In this document: in pieces, positions 1-10,767 of the stretch | Position numbering within the stretch: position 1 is the stretch's first letter | Layout: each line of letters starts with the position of its first letter | Assembly (NCBI GenBank): GCA_041671125.1 | Contig: JBAZCA010000006.1 | Span: 3,184-67,183, forward strand | DNA from: Patescibacteria group bacterium | Lineage (GTDB): Bacteria; Patescibacteriota; Patescibacteriia; Patescibacteriales; JBAZCA01 | Length of the DNA stretch: 64,000 bases | Direction: 5' to 3' | Program-made: the position numbers and the translations under genes | The notes under the pieces: generated by a model | Seen by the model: only the letters and a program-made list of their open reading frames with translations | Databases searched by the model: none | Told to the model about the DNA's origin: nothing

Positions 1-53
1 AATTTGGAGTTAAATTTTTAAAGCCGGTGATTTGTTTGGCAGAAAGCATAAAT

Positions 54-1199
54 ATGAAAGAATTAATGATGGAAAAAAGAATTTGTGAGTGTTGCGGTTC
101 AAGCGATTTGGAATCGGTTTTTTGTGATAAGACTATGGTCAAAACTCGCGCGCAAATTTACAGGCTGGAAGCTTTTGTGGTCATCTGCAGAAATTGCGGA
201 TTTTGTTTTAATTCACCCAGTCCCGTGAAGGAAGAGTTAATGGAATATTATGCTGATTGTTTATCAATTAATAAAGCCATCCCATTGGCTTATTCCATAG
301 AAATCAGGCTGGAAACGTTAAAAAAATACGCCGGAGGCAATTTTATTGAAATCGGCGGAAACCAATCTGATAAGTTTCATGGACGCATAAAGGGATTATT
401 TATTTCAGCGCGAAATATCGAGCCTAATTCTGAAATTGCGGCTGGATCTGAAACGATAGATAAGCTGGAAAAAAATTCCGTTGATGTTCTGGCTTTTTAC
501 GACGTTTTAGAACATGTGGCTGATGTTGGAGATTTTCTCAGGACGTGTAACTCGCTGCTTAACGATGGTGGGGTTATGATAGTTGAAGTGCCCAACATTA
601 AATATTATCCTAAGAATCTAATGCTGCTTTCAGCGGAACATTTAAACCACTTTTCGCCCTGCGCGCTGGAAAGAATCGCCTGCCGATGTGGATTTAATCT
701 CATAGAGATTAGCCACGCGGCGAGCAGGCCATTCAGTTTTCTCGCCGTATTTAAAAAGGGTAAAATAAAAAAATACTCCGGCGGTTATAATGAGTATCTG
801 GACAACCTCGCCTGTCTGAGAGGCGGAGTGAACCAGATTGACCGGGTGATGCTTAAAATAAATAATTTACGGGATAAAATTAATAAATTGAAAGGTAAAA
901 AGATCGTGCTTTGGTGCGTTACGGATTTTCTCTACAGGTTTTTAGAAGGTTATAAGTTGCCGCAAGATGTTATTGTGGTTGACTCCGATTCCAGAAAAAA
1001 GGATCATTTGAGCGTCCCGGTATATCAGCCCGCTGAAAAGCTCGATCTTATCAGGCAGAGCGATTTATTGGTTATTTTTTCTCCCCGGAATAAAACCAGC
1101 ATCCTTGACTGGATTTTTGAAAATACCGGTGAAGAATTTAATGGTAAAAAGTTAGAAGTTATTGGTTGCGGAGTTTACGGCGAACCGTTGCAAGTTTAA
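54..1199 (+). CDS. SAM-dependent methyltransferase, NDP-sugar C-methyltransferase-like (zinc ribbon + Rossmann MTase + C-terminal domain)
   Basis: ORF 27..1199, with ATG at 54 preferred. N-terminal CECCG...CRNCG zinc-ribbon pattern. Class I MTase motifs IEIGG, DVLAFYDVLEHV, GGVMIVEVPN. First gene of the co-directional sugar cluster. Confidence 0.6.
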   Translation: MKELMMEKRICECCGSSDLESVFCDKTMVKTRAQIYRLEAFVVICRNCGFCFNSPSPVKEELMEYYADCLSINKAIPLAYSIEIRLETLKKYAGGNFIEIGGNQSDKFHGRIKGLFISARNIEPNSEIAAGSETIDKLEKNSVDVLAFYDVLEHVADVGDFLRTCNSLLNDGGVMIVEVPNIKYYPKNLMLLSAEHLNHFSPCALERIACRCGFNLIEISHAASRPFSFLAVFKKGKIKKYSGGYNEYLDNLACLRGGVNQIDRVMLKINNLRDKINKLKGKKIVLWCVTDFLYRFLEGYKLPQDVIVVDSDSRKKDHLSVPVYQPAEKLDLIRQSDLLVIFSPRNKTSILDWIFENTGEEFNGKKLEVIGCGVYGEPLQV

Positions 1200-1203
1200 A
1201 AAT

Positions 1204-2100
1204 ATGGCTGAAAAAAATATAAAAAAACAATCTTTAGCTGATAAAATTATTTGCCAATATAATAATTTCCGTTTTAGGATTGCTGAGCCTTTAAAACTTA
1301 GACTAGCCAGAGCGAGGAGTGAAAAGTTTTATTATCCGAATGATAAAGAGCCGTTAATAAGCGTTTATACGCCTACGTATAATCGCGGCAACCTGCTCAT
1401 GGAACGGGCTTTGCCTTCGGTATTATCCCAAACTTATAAAAACTTTGAATATATTATTATGGGAGATTGTTGCACTGACAATACTGAAGAATTGGTTTTA
1501 AAGGTTAATGATCCGAGAATAAGATTTTATAATATCCCCAAAAGGGGCTACCGTTATCCGCCGACGGCCGAAAACCATTGGCTGGCCGGTCCGGTAGCAG
1601 CCGCTAATCAGGCGCTCAAAATGGTTAAGGGAAAGTGGATAGCCAGAATTGATGATGATGATACTTGGTCGACGGATCATCTTGAAGAGTTGATAAATTT
1701 TGCCCAAGCGGGGAGCTATGAATTTGTTTCTTCTTTTTATACCGAAATAAATCGTGGCATAAGGCGGGAAGTTGATGGGGAATACGCCCAGGGGCCTTAT
1801 TATAATTATAAACATGAGCCGGTTAAGGGGTTTAATCCGAAAATCGGCGGCACGTTAACCTGGCTCTATCGGTCTTACCTGAAGTTGTTCAAGTATAATA
1901 TTAATTGCTGGCGCAAGGACTGGAACCGGGTTAATGATATTGACATATCAATAAGAATGTTCCGGGCCGGAGTGAAGATGGGTTTTTTGGAAAAATCTTT
2001 GGCGCTTTATCAGCCGCGGCCGGGCGAAAATACTATTGGTTTGGCGGCTTATGAAGAATCGGCTGACAAAAAAGAAGAACATTATAAATTTAAAGATTAA
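1204..2100 (+). CDS. Family 2 glycosyltransferase
   Basis: ORF 1162..2100, with ATG at 1204 just after the upstream stop. Motifs ISVYTPTYNRG, SVLSQTY, ARIDDDD (DxD) are typical of GT2. Confidence 0.75.
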   Translation: MAEKNIKKQSLADKIICQYNNFRFRIAEPLKLRLARARSEKFYYPNDKEPLISVYTPTYNRGNLLMERALPSVLSQTYKNFEYIIMGDCCTDNTEELVLKVNDPRIRFYNIPKRGYRYPPTAENHWLAGPVAAANQALKMVKGKWIARIDDDDTWSTDHLEELINFAQAGSYEFVSSFYTEINRGIRREVDGEYAQGPYYNYKHEPVKGFNPKIGGTLTWLYRSYLKLFKYNINCWRKDWNRVNDIDISIRMFRAGVKMGFLEKSLALYQPRPGENTIGLAAYEESADKKEEHYKFKD

Positions 2101-2103
2101 AAT

Positions 2104-2832
2104 ATGGACAAAGTATTGGCCTACATTCCGGCTCGAGTCGGCTCTAAGCGGATAAAAGACAAAAACATTAAAAATTTTCTCGGCAAGCCTTTAATTTCTT
2201 ATACTATTAAACAGGCTCGGGCTTGCGGGTTTGTTAGTAAAATAATCGTTGACACCGATTCGCCTAAAATAGCCGAAATCAGCAAAAAATACGGCGCCGA
2301 AACGCCTTGGCTCAGGCCGGTTCAATTGGCTTCGGATAAATCAAACATCCGGGACGCGATTGCCTATATTCTGGAACGCTTAAAAAAAGAACAAAAATAC
2401 ACGCCCGATTATATCTTACTCCTTCAAACTACTTCGCCCCTAAGAGAGCTCCGGGATATTGAAGCATGCTGGGAGCTCATAAAAAAAACTAAAGCGGATA
2501 CTGTGTTAACAGTCTGTCCGACTCATCCAAGGCTTTATTATTTAGACGAAAATAAAAATATCGTTCTGGCTAACGGTAATGAAAAAATGTCAACCAACAT
2601 CCAGGACTGGCGCCCAGCTTATATTTTAAACGGCTGTTTCGCTTATATTTTTAAAACAAAATCTTTCTTAAAAGAAAAAAACGTGATTATGAAGAATACC
2701 AAAGCGGTTATTTGCGATAAATGGCGGTCGGTGGACTTGGATGAACCTGAAGACTGGGCTTTGGCTGAAATCTTGTTTAAAAATAAAAATAATCTAGCTA
2801 AACGGGCGAAAAAAATTTATGGAGAAAAATAA
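2104..2832 (+). CDS. Acylneuraminate cytidylyltransferase family (CMP-nonulosonate synthetase, NeuA/LegF-like)
   Basis: N-terminus YIPARVGSKRIKDKNIKNFLGKPLISYTI and the LLLQTTSPLR motif are typical of the CMP-sugar synthetase family. Confidence 0.7.
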   Translation: MDKVLAYIPARVGSKRIKDKNIKNFLGKPLISYTIKQARACGFVSKIIVDTDSPKIAEISKKYGAETPWLRPVQLASDKSNIRDAIAYILERLKKEQKYTPDYILLLQTTSPLRELRDIEACWELIKKTKADTVLTVCPTHPRLYYLDENKNIVLANGNEKMSTNIQDWRPAYILNGCFAYIFKTKSFLKEKNVIMKNTKAVICDKWRSVDLDEPEDWALAEILFKNKNNLAKRAKKIYGEK

Positions 2833-3832
2833 GTTAAAATTTTTAATTATCGGTTTGGGCTCAATGGGCAAGCGAAGAATTCGCAACTTGTTTCATAATG
2901 GTCAAAAACTGATTATTGGATATGATATTCAGGCGAAACGGATGAAAGAAGCAAAAGAAAAATATGGTATCAAAACAGCGGATATAAAGGAAGTAGCCAA
3001 AAGCGATTATGAGGCCATGATTATTTCCACTCCGCCTGATCAGCATGGCGACTATGTCCGGATGGCTTTGCGGGACAAGAAACATTTTTTTGTTGAGCAC
3101 CCGACCAGCACTGACGGTTATAAAGAAATTTTTTTAAATAAGAATCCGCGGATCGCCAAAGCGCCATCTTGCACCTTGCTTTATTACCTGCCGATCAGGA
3201 TGATGAAAAAAATTTTGGATCAAGGTAAAATTGGCAAAGTCTTAGCCTTTCAATATCATATGGGTCAATATTTGCCTGACTGGCACCCTTGGGAAGATTA
3301 CCGCCGGGTTTATTATTCAAAAAAAGAAACCGGAGCCTGCCGGGAGATGTTGCCTTTTGAACTGATCTGGCTTAACCGGCTATTAGGTTCAAAAGTGAAA
3401 AAAATTTCCGGCGCCACAGGAAAGTTGTCTGACTTAAAAATGGAAGCGGATGATTTAATTAACGCTAACGTCCAATACGCCAATGGAATCAGGGGCAATA
3501 TTATTATTGACGTGATTGCCAGAAAACCTTACCGGACTTTGCGGCTTCTCGGATCGGATGGAGTCTTGGATTGGGAAAGATTTGATTTTAAAATAAAGGT
3601 TTATAATGCGAAAAATAAGAAGACAAAAATTATTGACGTTCCTAGAGGCCATCCAGAAACCGGCTATGTTAATGAAGAGGAAATGTATAATGAAGAAATC
3701 GGCGATTTTTTACGAGCTATTGACGGCAAAAAAGAATTTCCGCACAATTTTAAAGACAGTCAGCAAGTATTAAATACTCTTTACGCCCTGGAGAAAAGCA
3801 GTATCAGTGGCAGGGAGATAAGTGTGAAATAA
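2819..3832 (+). CDS. Gfo/Idh/MocA family oxidoreductase
   Basis: N-terminal Rossmann motif FLIIGLGSMGKRR and a 337-aa architecture typical of the family. The start overlaps the upstream gene by 14 nt. Confidence 0.7.
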   Translation: MEKNKLKFLIIGLGSMGKRRIRNLFHNGQKLIIGYDIQAKRMKEAKEKYGIKTADIKEVAKSDYEAMIISTPPDQHGDYVRMALRDKKHFFVEHPTSTDGYKEIFLNKNPRIAKAPSCTLLYYLPIRMMKKILDQGKIGKVLAFQYHMGQYLPDWHPWEDYRRVYYSKKETGACREMLPFELIWLNRLLGSKVKKISGATGKLSDLKMEADDLINANVQYANGIRGNIIIDVIARKPYRTLRLLGSDGVLDWERFDFKIKVYNAKNKKTKIIDVPRGHPETGYVNEEEMYNEEIGDFLRAIDGKKEFPHNFKDSQQVLNTLYALEKSSISGREISVK

Positions 3833-3851
3833 TAACAAAATAATAAATTTC

Positions 3852-4997
3852 ATGGCGCAAGTAAGAAAAAAAATTCTAATAATAACCGGAACACGCGCTG
3901 AATACGGACTTTTGAAATCCACGATTGACGCTGTCAGGGAAAGTAATAAATTAAGTTTGCAACTTTTGGCAACCGGAATGCATACTTTGAAAAAGCATGG
4001 TTATAGTTTAGAAGCGATTAAAAAAGATGGTGTTCTAATTGACGGAGTGGTAAAAATCAAGGATAGTGATAGTATGATTGATACCTTGGCGGCGGAAATC
4101 ACTGGTATTAACAAATTTTGCCTGAAAAACCGTCCAGATTTAATTATTGTTTTAGGTGACCGGGATGAAGCTTTGGCTGGCGCGATCGTCGGCAGCCATC
4201 TAGGTATTCCCGTCGGGCATATTCATGGTGGAGATTACACAGGGACGATTGTTGATGGCCTCATTCGTCACGCCGTAACTAAGTTATCGCATCTTCATTT
4301 TACCGCCTGCCAAAAGAGCTTTGAGCGGGTTCGTCTTTTACAGGAAAACCCCAAAAATATTTTTTTAGTTGGTGCGCCGGGTTTGGATAATTTAAAGCAA
4401 AGATCTTTTTCATCGCGTAAAACTCTGGCGAAAAAGCTAAAAATTAATATTAACCGCTCCTGGTTGTTATTTTTGATGCATCCGACGCCTTTTTCGCCAA
4501 TTTCGCTTAAAACGCAGATAAGTAATCCGTTAAAGGCTATTAGCCGGCTTAAAGAATTTGAAAAAATTGTGATTTATCCCAACGCGGATACCGGTAGTGA
4601 TATTTTTATAAAGTCAATAAACTCGTATAAAAAAGACAATTCTTTCCGTATATTTTCCAACCTGCCGCGATTGGATTATCTTTCATTATTGGACGAAGTT
4701 GAATTTATGGTTGGCAACTCAAGTTCGGGAGTATTGGAATCAACTTATTTTAAACTGCCGGTGGTTAATATTGGTGATCGGCAGAAATATCGCGACCGGG
4801 GAAAGAATGTAATTGACTGCGGTTATAGTCTTAGCGCCATAATTAAAGCCATTAAGCTGGCCGCGGCTCCGGCTTTTAGGGAAATAGCAAAGAACGCGAT
4901 TAGTCCTTACGGCGATGGTGGCGCGGCAAAAAAAATCGTTAAAATTTTGGAAAACATAAAAGAAAAAGATTTAATTTTAAAAAAAACTTTTACCTAG
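3852..4997 (+). CDS. neuC: UDP-N-acetylglucosamine 2-epimerase, hydrolysing type (NeuC/LegG-like)
   Basis: Motifs ITGTRAEYGLL, VLGDRDEALAGA, HIHGGD and GNSSSG are characteristic of hydrolysing 2-epimerases. Confidence 0.7.
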   Translation: MAQVRKKILIITGTRAEYGLLKSTIDAVRESNKLSLQLLATGMHTLKKHGYSLEAIKKDGVLIDGVVKIKDSDSMIDTLAAEITGINKFCLKNRPDLIIVLGDRDEALAGAIVGSHLGIPVGHIHGGDYTGTIVDGLIRHAVTKLSHLHFTACQKSFERVRLLQENPKNIFLVGAPGLDNLKQRSFSSRKTLAKKLKININRSWLLFLMHPTPFSPISLKTQISNPLKAISRLKEFEKIVIYPNADTGSDIFIKSINSYKKDNSFRIFSNLPRLDYLSLLDEVEFMVGNSSSGVLESTYFKLPVVNIGDRQKYRDRGKNVIDCGYSLSAIIKAIKLAAAPAFREIAKNAISPYGDGGAAKKIVKILENIKEKDLILKKTFT

Positions 4998-5001
4998 GAT
5001 T

Positions 5002-5949
5002 ATGTCCGCTCCGCGTTCAAACAGCAATAAAATAATTTTCATTACTTTTAACCGGCTTGGCTGTCTTTGTTTAGAAACAATCGCCCGATCCGGGGTTTTT
5101 GATATAAAACAAGTGTACACTCTAAAGCAGAAACTGACGGAAAAAATTTCCGATTATAAAGACGTAGAACCTTTGTGTGAAAAATTTAAATTTTCGGTTA
5201 AAAGGATAAAAAATATCAATAACGAAATAGATGAAATCAGAAAAATCAATCCGGATATTATTTTTATTATCGGCTGGTCCCAGATTATTAATAGAGAACT
5301 GATAAAAATTCCAAAGATCGGTTGCGTCGGTTTCCATCCGGCGCTCCTGCCGAAGAATCGGGGCCGAGCGGCTATACCCTGGCATTTTATAAATGAAGAG
5401 AGATATGGCGGCGCCACCTTATTTTTTATTGACGACAGTTGTGATAGTGGCGATATAATCGGCCAGAAAAAATTTAGGTTAACTGATAAAGATAACGCCC
5501 AAAGTTATTATCTGAAAGCTGAAGAAGCCGCGGTCGCGCTATTAAATAAAACCCTGGCTGGTTTAGCGGTAAATAAAATAAAAAGGCGTCCGCAAGATGA
5601 CCGCCGGGCGACATATCTCCTTATCAGGAACGCGGGTGACAGTTTTCTGGACTTTCAAAAATTAAATACCAGACAAATTTTTAACCAAGTCCGAGCGGTT
5701 GCCGGCGTCTATCCGCCCGCTTTCGCGGATTATGAAAACAATAGGGTGGAGTTTCTGGCTGCGGCGATAGTGCCGAAAAAGTATTATATTTATTCAGCCA
5801 CAACCGGCCAAATAATCAAGGTTTCACCTGATTGTATCTGGGTAAAAACAATTAACGGTATTATTGAGCTAAACAAAATTTCGTCTGGCGGTGCGGCGAT
5901 TAATGATTGCTCCCGGTTTTTTAAGGCCGGACATTATTTAAACAGATAA
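5002..5949 (+). CDS. Formyltransferase (Fmt/ArnA-N-like sugar N-formyltransferase candidate)
   Basis: The IIGWSQII...GFHPALLPKNRGRAAIPW motif matches the formyl_transf N domain. Located inside the sugar cluster. Confidence 0.65.
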   Translation: MSAPRSNSNKIIFITFNRLGCLCLETIARSGVFDIKQVYTLKQKLTEKISDYKDVEPLCEKFKFSVKRIKNINNEIDEIRKINPDIIFIIGWSQIINRELIKIPKIGCVGFHPALLPKNRGRAAIPWHFINEERYGGATLFFIDDSCDSGDIIGQKKFRLTDKDNAQSYYLKAEEAAVALLNKTLAGLAVNKIKRRPQDDRRATYLLIRNAGDSFLDFQKLNTRQIFNQVRAVAGVYPPAFADYENNRVEFLAAAIVPKKYYIYSATTGQIIKVSPDCIWVKTINGIIELNKISSGGAAINDCSRFFKAGHYLNR

Positions 5950-5954
5950 AAAAT

Positions 5955-6614
5955 ATGCAAAAAATGCTCATTATCGCCCCTCATCCTGATGACGAAGTTT
6001 TAGGATGCGGTGGGACAATAAAAAAATATTCAAAGGCGGGTGACGAAGTCTTTCTCTGCGTAGTTACCAAAGCCTATCCGCCGGAGTGGTCAAAATCGTT
6101 TATTAAAAACCGGGCGAAAGAAGTAGTCGCCGCGAATAACATTCTGGGAATAAAAAAAACATTCTTTTTGGATTTTCCCACGGTTAAGCTTGATACGGTT
6201 CCACAAAAAGAATTAAATGAAGCTATTCTGTCAGTTATTAAAATAGTAAAGCCGAGAATTGTTTATTTGCCCCATTGCGGTGATATTAATAAGGACCATC
6301 GCCTGGTTTTTGAGGCTGGACTGGTAGCCTTAAGGCCAAGTAATAATACTTCAGTTAAAAGAATATTATCTTATGAATCTTTATCGGAAACGGCCGAAGG
6401 AAGAAGTATTAAAGAGTTTTCTCCAACCATTTATGAAAAAATTGATAGTGAATTCGCGAAAAAAATACAGGCCATGAAAGCTTATAAAAGTGAAATTCGA
6501 AAATTTCCTCATCCTCGCTCGCTTGAGATGATGGAGGTGCTGGCTAAAAAAAGGGGGTCAGAAGCAGGCTATAGGCTGGCGGAAGCCTTTGTTTTAATTA
6601 GGGAAATATTATGA
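5955..6614 (+). CDS. PIG-L/LmbE family deacetylase
   Basis: IIAPHPDDEVLGCGGT and HCGDINKDH motifs. Confidence 0.75.
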   Translation: MQKMLIIAPHPDDEVLGCGGTIKKYSKAGDEVFLCVVTKAYPPEWSKSFIKNRAKEVVAANNILGIKKTFFLDFPTVKLDTVPQKELNEAILSVIKIVKPRIVYLPHCGDINKDHRLVFEAGLVALRPSNNTSVKRILSYESLSETAEGRSIKEFSPTIYEKIDSEFAKKIQAMKAYKSEIRKFPHPRSLEMMEVLAKKRGSEAGYRLAEAFVLIREIL

Positions 6615-6664
6615 TCCAGAGGCCGAGCATCCCACAGCGTTAACTTAGAAATAAAAATAAGCTT

Positions 6665-7066
6665 ATGCAACCAAGATTTAATAATTGGCGCGCGCCAAAA
6701 ATAAAAGAAGGGAAGTTAACCAAGTGGAATTGGCTTGTAAAGCATAAAAAAAATTTAAAGCTCGGCTCGCGGTGTGATATAGGCGCATTTACTTATATTA
6801 ACGCGCGAAACGGGGTGGTTATTGAGGATGAAGTCCAGATCGGCTCACATTGTTCCGTTTATTCGGTTTCCACGATTGATAATAAAGAGGGGGAAGTGGT
6901 ATTGAAAAAAAATTGCCGCGTCGGATCGCACAGCGTAATAATGCCCGGCGTTACAATTGGAGAAAATACTATTATCGGCGCGTTCAGTTTTGTTAATCGC
7001 GACCTTCCAGCTAACGTCGTTGCTTGCGGCGTGCCGGCAAAGATTATGAAAAAAAATAAAACCTAA
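6665..7066 (+). CDS. Hexapeptide-repeat (LbH) acetyltransferase
   Basis: Repeated [LIV]-G-x4 hexapeptide pattern (IGSHCSVY, VGSHSVIMPGVTIGENTIIGA). Confidence 0.7.
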   Translation: MQPRFNNWRAPKIKEGKLTKWNWLVKHKKNLKLGSRCDIGAFTYINARNGVVIEDEVQIGSHCSVYSVSTIDNKEGEVVLKKNCRVGSHSVIMPGVTIGENTIIGAFSFVNRDLPANVVACGVPAKIMKKNKT

Positions 7067-7070
7067 TTAT

Positions 7071-8189
7071 ATGAAAAAATATCCAGTAGCCAAGCCTTTT
7101 ATTACTAACGAAGATCGGGAAAGCGTCCTTGGGGTTTTAAAAACCGACTATTTGAGCCTCGGGCCGAAATTAGGGGAGTTTGAAAGAAAATTCGCGAAGA
7201 AACTGGGCGCAAAATTCGCCTGCGCCGTATCCAGCGGCACGGCCGGATTGCACTTGGCTTTAATCGCCGCAGGCATCGGCGAGGGCGATGAAGTTGTTAC
7301 TACTCCGTTCACCTTTGTGGCATCAGCCAATACAATTGTTTCGGTTGGCGCCAAGCCGGTATTTGCCGATATTGATCCTGAGACTTATAATATTAATCCA
7401 AAACAACTGGAAAAGAAAATTACGAAGTTTACCAAGGCTATTATGGTGGTGCATATCTTTGGCCAGCCATGTGATATGGGGTCAATAATGGCCATCGCAA
7501 AAAAAAACAGGTTAATAGTTATTGAAGACGCCTGTGAATCGCTTAACGCGGCTTATCGTGGAAAAAAAGCTGGAACTTTTGGCCAAGCAGGAGTATTCGC
7601 GTTCTATCCCAATAAGCAGATGACAACCGGGGAAGGCGGCATGATTATTACCAACAACAAAAAGACTTATAATGCTTGCGCCAGCTTAAGGAATCAGGGG
7701 CGGGACGAGAATGACCGCTGGCTGGAGCATAAATATTTCGGGTATAATTACCGGCTGGATGAGATGAGCGCGGCTTTAGGCATAAGCCAGTTAAAAAAGC
7801 TTGACTTTATGATTAACGAGCGCCGGAAAATCGCTCGTTGGTATTCCGGATTCTTAAAGTCTTATGCGGATATCGTTCAGTCTCCCAAAATTGCCGCCAG
7901 TAGTACCCACACTTGGTTCGTATATGTTGTAAAAATTAAAGATAAAAGAATTGGCCGCAACCGGTTAATTGTCAATTTGGAAAGAAAAGGCATCTGCACC
8001 AGGCCTTATCTTCCTTCAGTTCATTTGTCCCCATTTTATAAAAGCCGATTTGGCTACCGGGCGGGCGATTTTCCGGTAAGCGAGGCAGTAAGCGCTTCCA
8101 GCCTGGCTTTGCCGCTTTTTATCGGTTTGACTAAGAGCGATTGCCAATATATAGTAAATAAACTAATAAAGGAAATCAATAATTTATAG
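7071..8189 (+). CDS. DegT/DnrJ/EryC1/StrS family sugar aminotransferase (PseC/PglE-like)
   Basis: Motifs SSGTAGLHLAL, TTPFTFVASAN and NYRLDEMSAALG. Size 372 aa. Confidence 0.85.
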   Translation: MKKYPVAKPFITNEDRESVLGVLKTDYLSLGPKLGEFERKFAKKLGAKFACAVSSGTAGLHLALIAAGIGEGDEVVTTPFTFVASANTIVSVGAKPVFADIDPETYNINPKQLEKKITKFTKAIMVVHIFGQPCDMGSIMAIAKKNRLIVIEDACESLNAAYRGKKAGTFGQAGVFAFYPNKQMTTGEGGMIITNNKKTYNACASLRNQGRDENDRWLEHKYFGYNYRLDEMSAALGISQLKKLDFMINERRKIARWYSGFLKSYADIVQSPKIAASSTHTWFVYVVKIKDKRIGRNRLIVNLERKGICTRPYLPSVHLSPFYKSRFGYRAGDFPVSEAVSASSLALPLFIGLTKSDCQYIVNKLIKEINNL

Positions 8190-8202
8190 GTATAAAAAAT
8201 AT

Positions 8203-9258
8203 ATGGCTAATGAATTTAAAAACAAGAGGATTTTAGTAACCGGCGGCACCGGCTCCATCGGCTCGGTAATTGTCAAAAAATTATTGCAGTTTAAACCCAA
8301 GCAAATCCGAATTCTGAGCCGTGATGAAACTAAGCAGTTTAATTTAATTAATGAATTAAATCACAATTCTATATTAAGGATGCTGATTGGTGACATAAGA
8401 AATAAGGATCGGGTAAATAAAGCTATGGAGAATGTTGATATTGTTTTTCACGCCGCCGCCATGAAGCACGTTTTATCCTGCGAGAATGACCCGTTTGAGG
8501 CGGTTGAAACCAATGTCCGCGGCATGCAAAATATAATAGATTGCGCCATGACTAATGACGTTGAAAAAGTAATTGGGATTTCAACTGATAAAGCAACTGA
8601 TCCGACCTCCGTTATGGGCTGCACCAAACTTTTAGCGGAAAAAATCATGCTGTCGCATTACAGCGGGCCGCACCGGACTAAGTTTTGTTTCGTCCGCTTC
8701 GGCAATGTATTAAATTCTCGGGGTTCGGTTATTCCTTTGTTCTATAAGCAAATTAAAGCCGGTGGTCCGGTAACCGTAACCGACAAGGACGTTTGTCGCT
8801 TTTTTATGTCAATTGATGAGGCCGTCAATTTAGTTTTTAAAGCTTCAAATATAATGCGCGACCGGGAAATTTTCGTTTTGAAGCAGATGGCCATTCTAAA
8901 AATTATTGATTTGGCACGGGCGATGATTGAACTCTACGCGCCCCAGTTAGGCTTAAAAACTGAGGACATAAAGATAAATATTACCGGTTTAAAAAGCGGA
9001 GAAAGGCTACATGAAAAATTATTGAGTAAGGACGAATCAGGCTATGCCCTAGAGAACGAAGAGATGTTTATAGTTTTACCAGTTTTAAATTTTGATGTTA
9101 ATCAAGCGGCCAGGCGTAAAAAATATTTAAACGCGAAGAAAAGCCGGCTTGGTGATTTTAGTACTGAGAACAGGAAGGTTTTGTCAATTGTCGAAATAAA
9201 AAAACTTCTTCTTGAAGATAATGGTAACCTTTCGCATGAGATTAATAATTTATTCTAA
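8203..9258 (+). CDS. NDP-sugar 4,6-dehydratase, CapD/PseB/PglF-type SDR
   Basis: ILVTGGTGSIGS Rossmann motif, STDKA and CTKLLAEK catalytic region. Confidence 0.8.
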   Translation: MANEFKNKRILVTGGTGSIGSVIVKKLLQFKPKQIRILSRDETKQFNLINELNHNSILRMLIGDIRNKDRVNKAMENVDIVFHAAAMKHVLSCENDPFEAVETNVRGMQNIIDCAMTNDVEKVIGISTDKATDPTSVMGCTKLLAEKIMLSHYSGPHRTKFCFVRFGNVLNSRGSVIPLFYKQIKAGGPVTVTDKDVCRFFMSIDEAVNLVFKASNIMRDREIFVLKQMAILKIIDLARAMIELYAPQLGLKTEDIKINITGLKSGERLHEKLLSKDESGYALENEEMFIVLPVLNFDVNQAARRKKYLNAKKSRLGDFSTENRKVLSIVEIKKLLLEDNGNLSHEINNLF

Positions 9259-9265
9259 TGCGGGT

Positions 9266-10708
9266 ATGAATGTTTTTTTTATAAAATGGGATTATAATAA
9301 CGAGGATAATCTGGCGATTGCGAAAGGATTAGAAAATCAAGGCCATAAAATTACGTATTGGGTGGGCGCTAGTCCCGAAAATGTTTCCTTACTAAGTCGC
9401 CAAAATTTCACGAAGACGATATTCCATAATATTTTTGACGCGATTGCCGGCCGGCCGGCTCAGGAATTTAAAGACACCCGCTTTCCGCCGCCGGGCGAAG
9501 AAACTGTAAGGGATTTTTTTGAGGCTGAGTCAATCCTTGCCACAATTAAGCAGTTTGAAAAATTGACGCCGAGCGTGTTGGAAAAAAAAAGCGTTTATCA
9601 CGGTTTTTTGGAATATTGGTTCGGCGTTATTAAAGAATTAAAACCGGAAGCAGTTATTTTCGCAGTTCAGCCTCACGCCGGTTTTGATTTTGTCCTTTAT
9701 TCTATCGCAAAGTATCTGAAAATTAAAACAGTACTTTTTGAATACGCGAGCGTGTCTGACCGCCATTTCGTAATTAATGACTATAGCGTCGGCTGCGACA
9801 AATTACGGAAAGAGATAGAAAATAACCAGGGTAGGACTATAAGAATTAAAGACTTAAGTTCTGACATAAGCGAGTTTTATCTAAGGCAGGCAGACCGGGC
9901 CAAGCAGGCAATTAACAAGGAGGTGGGGAGTATTAAAAAAAGTTTTTCCGGGGTTAACTTAGTCTTGATTAAATTAAGAATGCTGAAGCGAGCGATGGCT
10001 GATTTTTCGATTTTTAAAAAAAGTTGTTTCTATTTAATAAAAAAATTCGGAAAAAATTTCCGGAAGGAATATACTAAAGTCCAGACCCGGCCGGACTGGA
10101 ATAAAAAATTTATTTATCTTGCCTTGCATTACCAACCCGAAGCAGCTACCTCTCCCTTAGGGGGAGTTTTTGTCGATCAGCTTCTGATGGTTAAAAATTT
10201 AGCTTATGCTCTTCCGGACGACTGGGTAATCTACGTTAAAGAGCATCCTGCGCAGTGGCTGATTAGCGGTCTAAATTATACTACTTTTCGTTACCCTGGT
10301 TACTATCAGGCGATAGCTAAAATAAAAAATGTGAAGATTGTCCCGATTGATACTTCAGCCGAAGAGTTAATAGAAAAGTCGGAAGCGGTTGCCACTATTA
10401 CCGGCTCAGCCGGACGGGAAGCCTTGCTCCGTAAGAAGCCGGTTATTGCTTTTGGCTATCCTAATTATCGCTATTGTCCGGGAGTGTTTAAGGTTAATGA
10501 TGTTTTATCATGCCAAGCGGCTATCACCGAAATAAAATCTGGATTTATACTAGAAGAGCAGGATATACTGAATTTTCTTTACAGCCTAGACAAAATAAGT
10601 ATTCATACTTATTTTGAAATTTCAGCAAAAAAATTATCAAAGTTAACCCCGGCGGAGCACGTTGAAATTATGATAGGGGCAATTGCAAAGGAGTTGGAAG
10701 CTGAATAG
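9266..10708 (+). CDS. Putative GT-B-like capsule-synthesis (KpsS/Capsule_synth-like) glycosyltransferase
   Basis: ORF 9212..10708, with ATG at 9266 after the upstream stop. LHYQPEAATSP...VKEHP...TITGSAGREALLRKKPVIAFG resembles capsule polysaccharide transferases. The assignment is tentative. Confidence 0.35.
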   Translation: MNVFFIKWDYNNEDNLAIAKGLENQGHKITYWVGASPENVSLLSRQNFTKTIFHNIFDAIAGRPAQEFKDTRFPPPGEETVRDFFEAESILATIKQFEKLTPSVLEKKSVYHGFLEYWFGVIKELKPEAVIFAVQPHAGFDFVLYSIAKYLKIKTVLFEYASVSDRHFVINDYSVGCDKLRKEIENNQGRTIRIKDLSSDISEFYLRQADRAKQAINKEVGSIKKSFSGVNLVLIKLRMLKRAMADFSIFKKSCFYLIKKFGKNFRKEYTKVQTRPDWNKKFIYLALHYQPEAATSPLGGVFVDQLLMVKNLAYALPDDWVIYVKEHPAQWLISGLNYTTFRYPGYYQAIAKIKNVKIVPIDTSAEELIEKSEAVATITGSAGREALLRKKPVIAFGYPNYRYCPGVFKVNDVLSCQAAITEIKSGFILEEQDILNFLYSLDKISIHTYFEISAKKLSKLTPAEHVEIMIGAIAKELEAE

Positions 10709-10767
10709 TTATTTAGTGCGGCGTAAAAATGTAGTAATTGCTGGTTACCTTGGCTGAGATAATAATC